Below, piece by piece: positions 13,401-26,766 of a DNA stretch of 64,000 bases (its first letter is position 1; every line of letters begins with the position of its first letter). The notes under the pieces were generated by a model. That model was not told the origin of the DNA, did not search any database, and was given only the letters and a program-made list of their open reading frames with translations. Source of the DNA: Spirogloea muscicola (lineage: Eukaryota). The position numbers and the translations under genes were made by a program. The DNA is taken from contig WELB01000010.1 of the NCBI GenBank assembly GCA_009602725.1, positions 756,965-820,964 on the forward strand, written 5' to 3'.

Positions 13401-15181
13401 CACCAAAAGCGTGTGTTACGCTTATTTGGCTTCATGCTGACAGTGAAAGCAACAGATGAAGACACGTAAGTGTCTCCGATCCCTCTTCTTGCAGACTAGT
13501 CATTCCACACTTTGCTGGTAGAAAATTTCGTTGCGCACTTCGCCCCTGCCTTAGTATTCACTTCTGTTCGACTACTTGCAATGCACTAGGCTTGCAAGAA
13601 CTTTGGACCATTCCTCCTGATAACCTGTGCGGCATCCAGACCACTGCTTGCAGTTCGCTTTCTGTTGCCTGCACTTCTTCACATCACAAGTGATGGGGAG
13701 GGATGCAAGGCACTGGTGAAGAAACGCGGGCACAAGCAGATTGTCGCCCTTGTGACAACATTAGCAAGAGTAGCCCCCGGTGGTGGCTTACTAGGTGGAG
13801 CAGGTGTTGAGGAGCCTCTGATGGCTGCAAGTAACATCATATTGAATTTACTAGGCACGGTGAGGCTGCTGTGACATAGATTGCTGTACTATGTCATAAC
13901 AAAAGTTGCATCTGTCTGCCTGCCTGCTAGGTGCTCTCAAACAGTTCAGCTGTGTTGGCCTCTCAACAGGACTTATCACATTCTAATAAGTCCAGCACAT
14001 AGACATCGTCTTTGTGAATGATTAATAAGTGTAATGGCTATTCAGAAGTCCTGAAGCTGAGATATGCCAGGCACTAAAATGGTAAAGGTCCCCTGTGTAT
14101 TGAGGTATTGGCTATGAAAACATTGACCTCAAGTAGTGCACATGCACGTGCATATGCCTATTGCTACTAAAGCTTGGTCAATGACTTACTTATTGCAGAG
14201 GGAGGACTTCCCTGAGCCTGTAGATGCAATTGACTACGTTCCTTTGTTACCAGCCATGTTGGCCTGGCGAGATGCAACAGGTGCAGTCTACAATAGTTCT
14301 GCATGCTTCGTTTCCCTTATCCCAATAACTGCTCTCCCCTGTGCTTTACTTATTCATCTTCCACATCTTCTGCTTGCGATTGCACAGCCACTGGACAATG
14401 CACCCCAATGGAAGTTGGTCTTCCGGCCTGTGTGGCTGCTTCTGTTCTTGAGCTGACAGAAGAGGAGGCAATTTTGAGGTCACCATTCATGGCAGAGCCT
14501 GGCAAGCTTGCTAGTGTGGCTCATCTCATCGTCCATTTTATCATGGTCGGTCATCAGGCAAGTTGCAGCACTCTAGCAGGCTGTAGCAAAGCTGGCGTTG
14601 CATCATTGCAGAAATACTTGCTCCCGGGCTTGTAATGTTGAGCTCAGGCCTGGAGGGTGAATGCTTAGCTGGCATCAACAGTACTCGTCATCATATTTCA
14701 TGCTTAGGTCGTTTGCAAGTCACATTATATCTTTCTGTTGATTTCGGAGCATATGCAATTGTTGCAGGCAATAAGTGAGACAGGTAATATGGACAAAGAT
14801 CGTGATCTGTGGGATATTACAGTGACTTGTAAGTGCACTATCCTGCGGTCACAGTGCTGCCGAGACTGTACTTCTGGCTTCTGGCACTGAACATTGTGTC
14901 ATGATCATATTAGCACAAGGCTTTGCTATGTGATAGCTGCTGGAAACATGACAAGAGCTTTTATCGTATTTGCAGCATGCACAGAGTGCATGCACCTCTT
15001 CCCAACATTGAGAGAGGCCATTGTGACATCTGCGTGGGTAGAAAACCTCACCAAGCGAAGGTGTCGACAGTACCAAGGATTTTGCAGTTCCTATGATTTG
15101 GCCTTCACCGTTCCCTATATTCAGTACTGCGTAACAATCCGGCGCAGCGCATGTCTTGAATCTGTCTGCGGCCGATTCTAG
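10438..15181 (+). CDS. NCDN: Neurochondrin family ARM-repeat protein, multi-exon; 5' end not visible, 3' end approximate
   Basis: Exons EMVERIPVFLEVLRR, APEHRQAALRLANEVVDISEEGWLLGP, RFFLLIVETLGVEIPILLQEL, VVLEYLEKAK|EKKWSKDDSVLAAVRLVGHYLAEVPEA...MLTVKATDED, RFLLPALLHITSDGEGCKAL and DLWDITVT|SCTECMHLFPTLR match plant neurochondrin motifs in the expected order. Confidence 0.88.
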
Positions 15182-17159
15182 TTTCTGCATAAGCATTATA
15201 CGTACTTAGATACGATTGAATCTTATGCACCAACTTGTGATGTTCATCACATATACAATTGGTACATATCACACTTTCTGAATATGATACATCAGTTGGT
15301 ACGTCAAAGTTTTTAATGGGGACAAGTTGCCTTCATGATCTTTGTATGCAGGCCGCTGACGGCTGAGGTCATCAATGAATGCACATCAGAACCAATGGTG
15401 CGCATGCTACTTGCCGTTGCAGCTGGGATTTGATTATGCCTACCTTCTCTTCAGAGATGTCTTCAAATGTCATCCAGATTCGATCCTCCGGCAGCCTCAA
15501 AAGTCAGTATCTGCTAGCTGTACGTATTCTCCCCTGTGGCACCTACAATGTCGAGAACAGTCAGTCAGAAAGGCCTATGGCGGTTGCTATTGCTGACCTG
15601 AAGCAAGTCATTTGTATTGTGGTTAAGAGTCCTTGAGCTTCTTTGCCCTTACAAAGTTCTATTGAAATCAATCTGATGGAAATTGCATTGGCTGTTGTGT
15701 GACATCGTTGCAGGAGGTATCTTATTTTGCAAACACTAGTCAATATTCAAATGCTTGTCCATTTTTTTCCCCAGCAGACGGCCTAGCCAACCCTGCTTGG
15801 TCGTCTGATTTGGGTTAGTTAATGTCCACCAATGTCCATCTATTAATTTGTGAGTTGCACTGTAAGCATTGAGAAACTTGCCTATGCACTGGGGAAGTCA
15901 TACTTGCCTAGCTATTTTGCCTTGCATAGAAAGACCAGTGCATGAGTTGAGCAGGAGATTGCGCACGCAGAAGTGATGTGAGCCAGAGTCATGTGCACAA
16001 GCATCAGTATTAGTTCTAAGAAGCACGTGCTGAAGAACATCTCGCTACAACTTGTGCGACCGTTGTATAAAACAGGGACCGCAGCACAAGAAGAAGTATT
16101 CATATTCCATGCCTAGAAGCCCGGAGGGAATGCCTGGAGCTAGCTGGACATAGCTTCCATCCCGAACCGCAGCATTTTCTCGAGATACGTTATCATTCTG
16201 CGATCCAAATTACACCAACACGGTAAATGCTTGTAATTATTGTACACCTGCACATTGGCTCCTTGCCGCTCTACATTGCCAGTGGTGTCTGATACTAATG
16301 AGTCTGGGCAATGTGGCCAAATGTAGTCATATCATTTGACATGTCTACGATACTTCACCAATGCTACTACGAGAACAGAGGTGAGGCCAAGTCAAGCAAA
16401 AACGACCAGAGGCCAGAGGTTGGAACTTACTACCTTTGTCCATGATAAGGCATGGTTGCCATCGTTTTAATGAATGGTTATGTTCAACATTTGCTGCCCA
16501 TATCCTACTGTCACTTGCAATCAATAAGCAAAGAAGGTTAAGCACTGAAGTAGAGGTATCAAAGCAACTGGTGAGTTATTGGGTCCGATGTGAAGTTCGT
16601 GCAGGTAGATTGAAAGCTGTGAAAAGCCAGACGGATATAATCGGATGAGATGGGCAAACAACCCATAATGTGTGAGCTGTGTCTGTTGATGGCTGCAACT
16701 ATGAATTGATGTCAGATGGTAGTACAAATCTCTAAGGGTTATGGCGTCTGACGAAATCAGCCCCCTAAGTTGCCCCAAGTCAACTGCCGTAAGGCTGACA
16801 TGCTGGAGAAGTGCGTAAGGTGGCTTCTTGCAATAACACTTCAAAGTGCTGTTGATGGACGCAGAGTGCTGCATTTGTAGGCAGACGTCTGGTGTCCAGC
16901 AATGAGGCGGAAAATGGTAGGTTCATGAAAGGAGGACATTGTATGTTGCGTGCAATGGAAAGGACGAGGGAGTCAGTTGTAGTCGCCTTCGGCTGCTCGC
17001 TGCTTGGTGCTGTGATAGTTCAAAGCGAGGCCAGAGACTGCTAAAACGCCAGCCTACCAAGGGCATGACCAAAGGTCGGGATGAGGCAGACGCCGGCAAG
17101 AGTAGAGATCTGAGAATCAAATGGGACAAAGATGTAGCCCCACAAGGCATTATACGCAG

Positions 17160-18560
17160 GACACTTAGTGTCGCCAATGTGACCACTAAGGATGGCCACT
17201 CAACAACCCCTACTGAGCAGCCGGAAGTCGAGAAAGGAAAGGAAGGAAGCAAAGCCGTCCCAATGCAGCCAACAGCCGGTATGGAAGCACCCCGTCAACA
17301 GCCTTAGGCGACAGCCAGAGCAAGGCCAGCGCATAAGTCAGAAATTGCTGCAGGGAAACAGCGCATGCAATACACATAGGATAGATAGCCCGGGACACTC
17401 AGTGTCGCCAATGTGACCTATAACGATGGCCGCTCAACAACCCCTATGAGCAGCCGCATGTTGGGATTACTGGCAGCCCAAATATGAAGAAGGTGCACGG
17501 TGCGTATAACAGGAAGCAAGCCGAGCTAATGCCGAGCAATAGATGGGATGGCGTCATTCCGCCAACAGCCTTAGGCGGCAGCTAGAGCACGGCGAGCACG
17601 CAGATGCAACACATAAGCCAGGAATCGCTGCAGGGAAACAGCGCATGCAGTTCATGCAGTCGGGTAGACAACCGCGCATGGACATTGGCTGCTCCCCTTG
17701 CTACCGTCTGGACAGCGCTCACCGTCAAGCTGGTGCAAAAAGGTCAAGCGACCATATCCTATGCCCTTTGCCATCTATGGCGAGGTTGTTAAGCTCCCGT
17801 TCGTACTATCCACTTGTGCAACTGCTTGGCTTGTGCTTTCCGGCCCTTCAGGATTTGCCACTACATTTGCAGCTGGTCTTTCATGGGATCGCCCCCATTT
17901 GAAGGAGCTTGCTCTCCTAATTTGCGGACCGTCATAGACAGGGGGGCAGCTTGGGGCACACTTGCATTCCGCTTTCACAGGTTGTATGCCAGTATTTGGC
18001 TTTCACTAGAATTGCAGAGCTCCTATGCTTTGGCAATCCATCAGTGTGCTGGGTGCGCACTAAGCCAGGCAACTGGCTTCAGTGGCTGTTCTCTTTTTCC
18101 ATGGTGGTGGTCTGGCTCCTCAGTTTAGCTTGTCAGATATATATGTGGTCACACGTGGATCCTAGTGTCCCCCTTAGCCACCTGATTGCCCCGTTTCCAG
18201 GACTTGTAAGAGATCGACTGGCCTACCTTTCATGCGCACCGCGCGCTTTCCTCTCTCCAGCTTCCCCAAGTGAGCCTGTCGGATCTCTATGTGCTCACTC
18301 GTGACCTTAACTTAAGCCCTTCAGCCGGCTTTAGCACAATTCCCTTAGTCCCCCTTAGCATGGGCTTGGCTTTGTATGGCCCTTTCTTTGCACTAGCTTT
18401 TTAATCAATTCATTGGCTTGGCTTGGTCTGGCCTCCCTTTCAGTTGTGCACAGCGCTCCATCTTCTCTCTAGGAGCTCGCAGGCGCTGGCCCTTCATCAG
18501 CGTGCTGGGCGCGCCCTAAGCCAGGCTACCAATCACCTTGCGGTGCTCCGGGCTCCAAAC
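17160..18560. mobile_element. CRE-like 3' fragments, including two head-to-tail minus-strand copies (17160-17368, 17395-17650) and plus-strand copies
   Basis: Direct repeat ACACTYAGTGTCGCCAATGTGACC...GCTGCAGGGAAACAGCGCATGCA. The minus strand reads SLQRFLAYVLHLRARRALAAA. The plus strand reads LQSSYALAIHQCAGCALSQAT and SQALALHQRAGRALSQAT. Confidence 0.65.
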
Positions 18561-19113
18561 TTAGCCTGTTGCTCCAAAAACGAAAGAATGCGGCTGCTGA
18601 TATTTCAAGAGCGGCTGTAAAAGCCAGCCAGATGCATACAGATGCAAAAAGATGCATACAGCTCCCGGCTCCTGTGTTAGCCTGTGCTTACTCGTTATTA
18701 CTTGTGCCCGCTTCAACCGTGCCCTGCTTCCTCAGCCCCTCCTCAGCCTTTCTAAAGAAAGACAGACAGAAACAGCTCTTGCAAAGTAAGGCGTGGCTGT
18801 GAGAGGCCAAAGGACGCTCAATAATCTCTATTCATTCACGGCAAATCGAAGTGATCAGAAGGAGCAAAAGCTTTGCCCAATCGAGACCCGGAGGCAGCAG
18901 CCAAGGCGCGGCCTGCTTGCAAGTGCACAGCAAAGGCCAAGGAACGCTGCAGAGATATGGCAAGGCGCACTCGGCATATTTGAGCGAGCGACCCGACGAC
19001 GTTGACCTTGGGCTGCTTGCTCTGCTATCCATGACATCGGATCATAGCACGAAAATGTACTGCACGAAAGCCATAGGCATTTGCTTTGTAAGGTCCCATT
19101 CTTTGCAGTCCTC

Positions 19114-19145
<32 letters not shown>

Positions 19146-19319
19146 CATAAGTAGCGACCTGCACAAATGGTGTAACGACAGTTCCTTAGATTTCAGCGTA
19201 AACAGTGCATTGGCTTGGCTTGCCTCACGGGTTGCGCATGGAAGTTCCATGCGCAACCCGCGCCTTCTGGCCTTCCACAGCGATCACCCCCTTCAGAAGA
19301 GATGGAGAGGATCTTGAGT

Positions 19320-21320
19320 GATGGAGGGCCTGAGTGCCAAGCACAAACGCAAGCACATTGTCAGATGTACATCACCTGCTGCTTAGCTGACCCGCTCAGT
19401 AATTACGAGTCAGCACGTACAGGTCGATGATTGATGCCCGAATAGCGGACGGCAAATGGCAAGCCCTTGCGTTACCAGCTCAAGCTTGACCAGCTTTCTA
19501 GTGCAAAGCATGAGCCTGAGCTCGCTACAAACAGGCTGATACACGACCCACATAAACGACTAAAATGCTGCTGGCATGCCCATCTCGGCTGGAAGCACAT
19601 CCTCACATCGTGCATCCGAGACTTGCAAATTTTCTCAAGCAGGGTATGAGAGGGAGGACCCATGCAGCCAAAGATGCAATTGCGGCCGGTTCGAGGTGAT
19701 CTCTGCGGGGGTAGTCAGACTAGTGCTGCAGCTCTCTCTGCTCTGCACTCCTTACTGTATGACCAGCTATGTGAGTCGAGGCTGAAAACTTTTACGCCTC
19801 TGTCACAACCACATATCCGTCACAACCAAGGCTCGTGGACCCCCCCAAATGTTGTACACCCACAATGTCTAGGGTGCGACGGCGATGGCGTCCCTGAGCA
19901 TCCGTGGACATGAAGATGATATAAAGCCACTAAAGCGCGGTAGCCAGCGTCACGCATCAAGTCCCGCCTGGGGGAGATCCCCGCATCATCACGGATGTCA
20001 TGACTGCCGACTCCGAGCGAGCGAGCCGGCAGCATTGAAGCCCGGCACCTCCCCTGGCTGACGCATTTCTTGCTGACCTGCTCGCCGATTAATGGCCTGC
20101 CAGGCAAGCCGCTGCAGGAGGTCCAGCCAGCGACTGCCGTAGACCCCGTGTACCGGCCGGAAGGCGCCTAAACCACACAGCTACGCAAGAGACTACAGCG
20201 GATGGGAGCTTACTTATTTCGAAATAGCAGCAGCAAGTCGGAGTAACTTGCAGCTGGAAAGGCACCCAGACGAGACTCAGAAGCAGCAGCAATAGCGCGG
20301 CCAGCCCGCAAGTGCATGCGTGAGCCAGGGACCATTGGAAGGAGACAGACAGCCGCATGCGGAACACCTGGGCAAGCGATCCGGCAGCTCTGAAGCTGCG
20401 CAGCTCCCCTTGCTGACTCTGCCGACCATGGATGGCCTGTTGGGCTAGCCGCTGCGGAAGGTCCAGCCTTCGACTGCCGAATGCCCCGTGCACGTCTATC
20501 AGCAGCGCCACGAACTCATTGCCAGCTGGGTGATCAGCATATCATCTTGCCACTGGCCGCCGTGCCGACCGCGTGCCCTGCTTTCGACGCCGATTGGTGG
20601 GGTTGGCGGAGTCACGCATGCGGCTCTCCGTCTCTCCAGAGCGCGCTCTCTGGCTCACCCAGTTCACACGCGTGCCGGTCGCGCTATGGCTGCTGCCACA
20701 GGGTCTCGCCAGAGTGCTCCTTTCCCTGCAGCGAGTTACTCAGACTTGATGTTGCTCACTCGCGGGTACTGAGCTTCCGTCTGCATTGTCTAGTGTCTAG
20801 TTGTGCATTTGTCTGTTCGGCAAGTTTTTTGGGGCTTTGAATATTGTCCATTCTTTTTGGGCTGGCTTGGCCAGCCCCTCTTCTCTCAGGGCGCGCCATT
20901 CCTGATCAGGCGGGGGAAGGGGGTGATAGCTTTTGTTCAGGCATGTATACAGGCATCGATAGGCGATCTTCTTGTATTGACCCGTGGTTACTGAGCGGGT
21001 CAAACTGCTGTGGGTGATGCACGCCATTACATGTGCTTGCCTTTGTACTTGGCCATTTGGCCTTCGTTTGTGTCAAACGCAAGAAAACTCCTTTTGTTCA
21101 TAGTGAGAGGGAAGCCAACAGAGAGAAGGCGCGCGGAGCGCATGAAATGATATGGAGGCCAATCCAAGCCAAATACAATAACAGAACTCGACGGAATCGC
21201 CGCTTCATCAGGCACTCGTGCGCCGCGACGGGCCCAGACCGTGCTGTGCCTCAGAAGGCAATGCGCGGCCAGATTGACTGGTGGCTGGGAGAGGCCAGCC
21301 CAAAGGAATGGACAAGGCCT
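19320..21320. mobile_element. CRE-like remnants: a long minus-strand copy (~19320-20280), a second minus copy (20310-20530) and plus copies ending at 20772 and 20994
   Basis: Minus strand: GSHDIR..DLMRD (Zn-knuckle-like), RRTLDIVGVQ (RLE core), DLYVLTRNY*, and IDVHGAFG...SLAQVFRMRLSVSFQ. Plus strand: SYSDLMLLTRGY* and DLLVLTRGY*. Confidence 0.7.
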
Positions 21321-21356
21321 CGAAAGCCCTCGGCGGCGTGGATTAGCCCGACCATG

Positions 21357-21418
21357 TTTAGGGTTTAGAGGAGTAGGGTTTAGGATGTAGGATTTAAGGG
21401 TTTGCGGTATAGGGTTTA
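21357..21418 (+). promoter_or_regulatory. Degenerate plant-telomere (TTTAGGG) tract / telo-box cluster upstream of NOL11
   Basis: TTTAGGG TTTAGAG GAGTAGGG TTTAGGA TGTAGGA TTTAAGGG TTTGCGG TATAGGG TTTA, about 100 nt before the ATG; contains three TAGGGTTT telo-boxes. Confidence 0.6.
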
Positions 21419-21519
21419 ACTGGCTGGCTCGTCCCGCCGGCCGCCGGAGCGGCGGAAGCGGCGGCGGCGGCGGCGGCGGGCGCGTCCGCCGCAGCGAGGG
21501 GCTCAATCCGCCGGACGCC

Positions 21520-24500
21520 ATGGACGCGTCCGGCGCCGTGGTGTACAAAGTCGGCGGCGGCGGAGACGGCCGCCGGGTGGTGGGCGCCGCCGCTGGGCCC
21601 GCCGCACCGGCCGAGGTGCTGGTGACGGTCCAGGGCGACGGCGTGGCGTGCTGCTGCCCTCGCTCGCAGGTACGCTGGCCCCCGCCATTGCAGGCAAAGC
21701 GGCTGCTGACGTTTAGAAAGTGGCTGTGAAAGCCGGCCAGGTGCTGCCAAGGCCAGGCGCTCACCGGCTCCCGGCTCCCAGCTCGTCGACCAGCTCGGCG
21801 TCCTCTCGTTCACACTCTGACGTCGTGGCGCGGCCGCTCTTTCGTCTGCGCAGCGGCGGCTGCGCGGCTGGCCGGCCGGGCCGGGCGTGAGCTTCACCAC
21901 CGGCGCGGTGTGGGACGGGCTGTCGCGGCGCCTGTACGCTGCCGTGGAGCGCGCCTCCAGCAGTGGCGCCGCCGCCGCCGCCGAGCTCGTCTCCTGGCAA
22001 GACGAGCCCGCCGCCGCCGCCGCCGACGGCGCTGCTCTTGGGCCCGTGCCGCCTCTAGCGGGCGTCTCCTCCTTGCGCCGGGCGCCGCTGGCCTCGCCTG
22101 CGATCCTCCTCGTCCCGCTCTCCCGCCTCCTGCCCGAGCCTGCTCCGGCGGTGGCGACCGCTGTGCAGGACGAAGGCCACGTTGGGGTCGACGGCGGCGG
22201 CGTGTTGGCGTTGCTCAAGTCCGGGCAGCTCGTGCTCTACGGGCCCAAGCTCGGCGACTGCCTCGCAAGCCTGCCTGCGCCAGCGGAGCGAGACGTGCTG
22301 CTCGTCGATGTCCCGCCCGTGCCGAGGGGCACAGTGACACTGGTGACGGCCGGCCGACGCGGCAAGGATTGGCGGCTGTCGGCAGTCCGAGTTGGCCAAG
22401 TCCCAAAAGAGGACGCAGACCGCGGCGACGAGGGTGCCCTTCTCGAGGTGGTGCTCAGTGCTGAGCTCGTGGCCCCTGGGCCGAGCTGCCGAGTGGTGGC
22501 TGCGGCCTGCGGCCAGGATGGCGACGCTGCTGTAAGCCCCCTCCGGCACCTTTGTCACAGTAGGCCACCATCTCAAGAATGGTCGCCAATCTGTGTGGTC
22601 CACCAGCCTTGCCACGCATCTGTGAGTGCACGCAGAGGGCATCCTTGAGAGCAGGCTTCTCAGCCCTGCCGATTGATGCGCAGATCCTCTGGTCCGATAG
22701 TACTTGGGAGTTGCATCGGCGCCTCCTCGCCACAGGACCCGGCGCCCTGCCTGGCGAGAGGCAGCGGCAGGTACTGCAGCGGAAGCTACAGCACTTGGAT
22801 CTTGCAAGCCAAGTGGAGATTGCTGGTCATTCTGCTACTCCGTCTTTGTCGAGGAAGAGGCGTGAAAATGGTGCTGCAACGCCGCACAACGGAGGGACAG
22901 CTACTGCACCACAGCCACCTCTCATGCGGCCCGCCACGATGCAGTTCCTCCCAGGCAGCCGGTACTTGGTGGTTGTGGGCCGCTGGAGGGAGCTGACGGA
23001 AGGTGGCCGTAGTCATCTGGCGCTGGCCTTGCTTGACGCCCTCTATGGCTGCGTGCATGATATCCACGACCTTAGACTTGGCGAGGATGCCAATGACATT
23101 CTGTCGCCTGGCGACAGACTGTTTTCCATGGAGTGGGCAGTCAGCAATGTGTTGCTTGTCAGCACTATCTTCAGTGTGGTGGCCATTACAGTTGCTACCG
23201 AGCCACTCTCACTTGCCAGCGTGGTTGGCGCCCTCTCTGGATCTGGCGTGGACTGCGCAGGGTGGCCATGCGTGGCTGGCCGAGCTGCGAGGGCAAGCAT
23301 GCAGGTCTTGGGCACAGAGCAGCTGGCTGCGCTAGCGAGACCTCCGCTGGTGTCTGTGGCATCGCCCCGTTTGGAGCACCAAGGAGGGGAGGACAAGGAG
23401 GGAGGCGGCAGAGGGAAGGAGCATGAGGCTGGAGTGGAGGAGCTCGACCTTGTCAATGGGAGCGGGTTTGTGCGCCGACGGAAGGGCCTGGCGTGGGATG
23501 CGGAGCACCTGGAGGGCGCGGAAGCAGCGGAGCGGGGGCTCATCGCCAAGCTGTTGGAGAGCGGACCTGGGGCTGTAGGCATGGATGATTTCTACAGCAT
23601 CTTTGAGCGTTACTTTCAAGTCTGCGGGCTGGACTGCAATGATGGCGTGGCCGGCAGACAGCCCAGGGATGGGCATGGGGCCAATGAAGCTGATGCAGAG
23701 GAGGGTGTTGCCACCAAAGTTGGTGACACACTTGAGGTAGATGGGCTGCGGCCCAATGCTGATAAAGGCTCTGGTACCAATGGAAGCAGTGCAGTCAAGA
23801 AGGAAAGTCACCAGCAAAAGAGGTGGCGGAGAGTTGCAGCGTCCCTCTCACCGGCGCTGGTGTCGGCAGTGGTGCGGTGGTGCTTCACTTCAGCGCACTG
23901 GGCCCCACTCCGGTGCCTGTTGGAAGTTGGCGCTGTAACTGCCGCCGTGCACCCAGGCCTAATTGCTGCGCTGGTGGAGCAGCGCCATGTGCTGCTGTTG
24001 GAGCGCTGCTTTGCGGCCGTGCCGGACCTGCCGCCCTCTGACCTCGCCCTTTTCCTCAAATTTGTGCTGGTCAATGAGGAGGACAAGGCAGCCGAGCATC
24101 TAGTGCCTCTGATCCGCAGTCGGCAGCGGCTGGCGGCGGCTGTGGTTGCCAAGGCTGCGGCGCACATGCGGGCAGGGGGTGGTGGCGTATACGTGGCTGG
24201 CGACCGCCTGCCGCGCATTGCTCGAGAGGCTATCATGGCCGTGGCAGCGGTGGAGGGGTTCTCGCCGCAGGAGCTCTGTTTACACGCTGTGGTGGCGGCT
24301 CCGCACGTCGACGAGGCTGTGCTGTCGGCGGCTGTCACCAAGCTGGACGCTGGCCAGCTTTCTGCAGTGGTCGCCTACCTCTGCAAGTGGGTGGAGCTCT
24401 TTGGTGGCCCGCTGCAAAGTTCTGCACTGCGGGGCCCCACAACGGCACAACCAGGCTTTCCCGTCCCGTCGCTAAGTCAGGTAAGGTATTGCCCAAAGGC

Positions 24501-24860
24501 CAGGCACTGAGGTCACGAAGCTTTGTCATGTTGCCCGCCTGACCGGCATTTAAGTGTTGCCGGTGCTCAGTCGCGCTCACTTGCATTTGAGCACTGCACT
24601 TGTCGCAGGTCCTCGCATGGGCTAGCACCATCTTAGATGCGCACTTTGCACAGCTGGTGCTTGCGCGGGCCAGCCTGCCACACCTCCTGCGACTCCAGCA
24701 GCTAGTGGCATGCCAGGTGGCTCTCACTAGTCGCTTAGCACCACTGGCTGGGGCCGTTGCCCACATGCGGGACCAGCAATGTCAACAAGGAAACAGCCGC
24801 AATGCAGTTAACAGGAGCTTTCAGGACGGTTACACTGTGGAGCTTCTTGCCCTACATTAG
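21520..24860 (+). CDS. NOL11: Nucleolar protein 11 / Utp8-like t-UTP component, multi-exon
   Basis: ATG in gccATGg context. N-terminus has VLVTVQGDGV. A large internal exon ends in AVVAYLCKWVELF...PSLSQ|VLAWASTILDAHFAQLVL and the C-terminus reads GYTVELLALH*, typical of the NOL11/Utp8 C-terminal domain. Confidence 0.8.
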
Positions 24861-25499
24861 GGAGTGGCTGCTGCACACTGTGCAGACATGTAGCATCAAG
24901 CAGAGCATGCCGCTGCAGTCTTTCAGAATGTGCATGGACCTGCATAAATGGCTGTGTCAGGTTCTGTGTGGACCTGCTTGGATGACTCGTGTGACTGAGC
25001 ATATTCTTTGCAGCAGCAAAGCAGTTAGGAGACAGAATAAAACTGCCCCAAGTTGCCGAGCAGCAAACGCCACGACTCATGTTTGCAGGATGTGCATGCT
25101 GCGAGGATTACGGACGTGTATGCTCACCGCAGGCCACGTCGGGTTTCTTGCTTTAAGTCAAGGACGTGTAATACTCACCGCAGGGCCACGTTGGGTGTCT
25201 TCCTTTAAGTCGAGTTCTACTGCAGCAGAGATGAGCCCACAGTCTTGGAGCTTCCCTGTGGCACTTGAGGACATAGGGATCCTCCTCCAGGCAAAGTGAG
25301 TAGCGTGAGCCTCAAGGAATCGTAAGAATGAGCGAGCTGAAGCTTATGAGCCCAGAGCTAAGGAGAGGGCCCCAACAACACCTTGCTACAACCGAGGTCT
25401 CATATTCATGCAAGCCTACGGAAATGATATGCACAGCAGCACTGAATGAGTACAATGCTGGGGGTGAGACTGTTGCTTCATAAGATGGGGCGCACATCA

Positions 25500-26350
25500 C
25501 AGCTTCATAGGCTATGCTCGACATCTACGGCCTCATGAGTAGATCCCCTCCAGCGGGTGCGGTCAGCACCTGTGCAACATACTGCAGTGCACGTCGTGCA
25601 CAGTCCGTGCTCTGCAAAAATGAGCTGCGTCTGGCACACCACCGACTCATCTCGCTGGACAGATGAACGGCCTTATGGTCACAAGGCCCGCCTGCCTCCG
25701 TCCTCCATGAGGCACCACCGACTTGGATGAGCGTGCGGATTTTGTCCATGGGGCCGCAATTGGCGTCGAAAGGCAACAGAGAAGGGTGCAAACAAAGAGG
25801 AAATAAGTAGGGCACAAAGCAGCTGACATTTGGAGAAGCTTGCAGCGCGAAGATGCCTATACAATCACAAACACTAGGTACTGCACAGTCTTGCGATGGA
25901 GGAGGGAGTTGGGGGCAGCTCGACGAGTCGCTGGCCCACCTGGGCGGCACGATGTGGCCTTCGTTGCTTGCTATATGATGCAGCTTTGGAGGAGTCTGCA
26001 GTGCTCCCAGGTACTCGCGATACACGACCCGTGCTGGGCGCGCACTAGGTCAGGCGAATGGCTTGTGTGTTGGTGCTCTGGCTCCTCAGCTTAGCTTGTC
26101 GGAAGTGTATGTGCTCACTCGTGGGTACTATGGACCCCTTTAGCCAGCTGGATTTGCCCCGTTACTAAAGCTTTGTGAGGCTCGATTTGGCCTCGAAGTG
26201 GGAATTACTAAGCTCCCATTGCTGTAGTCTCTTGCAGTCTCTTGCAGAGCTGTGAGGTTTTTGCGCCTTTTGGCCCTCTGACCCTTTTTCCATTCTTTCT
26301 GGGCCGGCCAGTCACAGCCCCCGCCCCCTTTGGATGAGCTCACTTCTTGC
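25500..26350 (+). mobile_element. Decayed CRE-like 3' portion
   Basis: SLQCSQVLAIH, RAGRALGQANG and SLSEVYVLTRGY, followed by the CCCCTTAGCCAGCT 3'UTR and the CATTCTTTCTGGGCCGGCC motif. Confidence 0.6.
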
Positions 26351-26766
26351 CTCCCTATCATTCCATGCGCACAGCTTGCCTTGCTTTGGACCGCCAGTGG
26401 GGGGTGCAAACCTTCGGGCGCCTGCAACCGGCCCGCCCGCCTGTGGCCGGGGGCTGGCTCTGTTGCGGCGGCCTGGTTTAGGTGCGGGGCGGGGGCGGCA
26501 TGACGAGCCGAGACCCTTGCACAGCCACCGAACTGTCCCTCGCTCCGGGCGAGCAGGAGCGCCCGAAACGCTCGTTACAAGCGCCGTCTCTTTGGCTGGG
26601 CCCCGGCGAAGGAGCGGCCAGTCCCAAGCGCCGCCAACCCCGGTGTTGGTCGAGCCGGCGGGAGCGGCCGGGCGCGCGAGCCTTCGCCGCCGGTTGTTGA
26701 GTCCCCGGCCAGCCGGCGGCCCCCCCCGCGCGGCGCCGTGAGCGGCGGNGCAAGCGCGGCGGCGGC

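Noticed and set aside
15200..16930. Short ORFs downstream of neurochondrin
   Set aside because: No recognisable domain or consistent exon chain.
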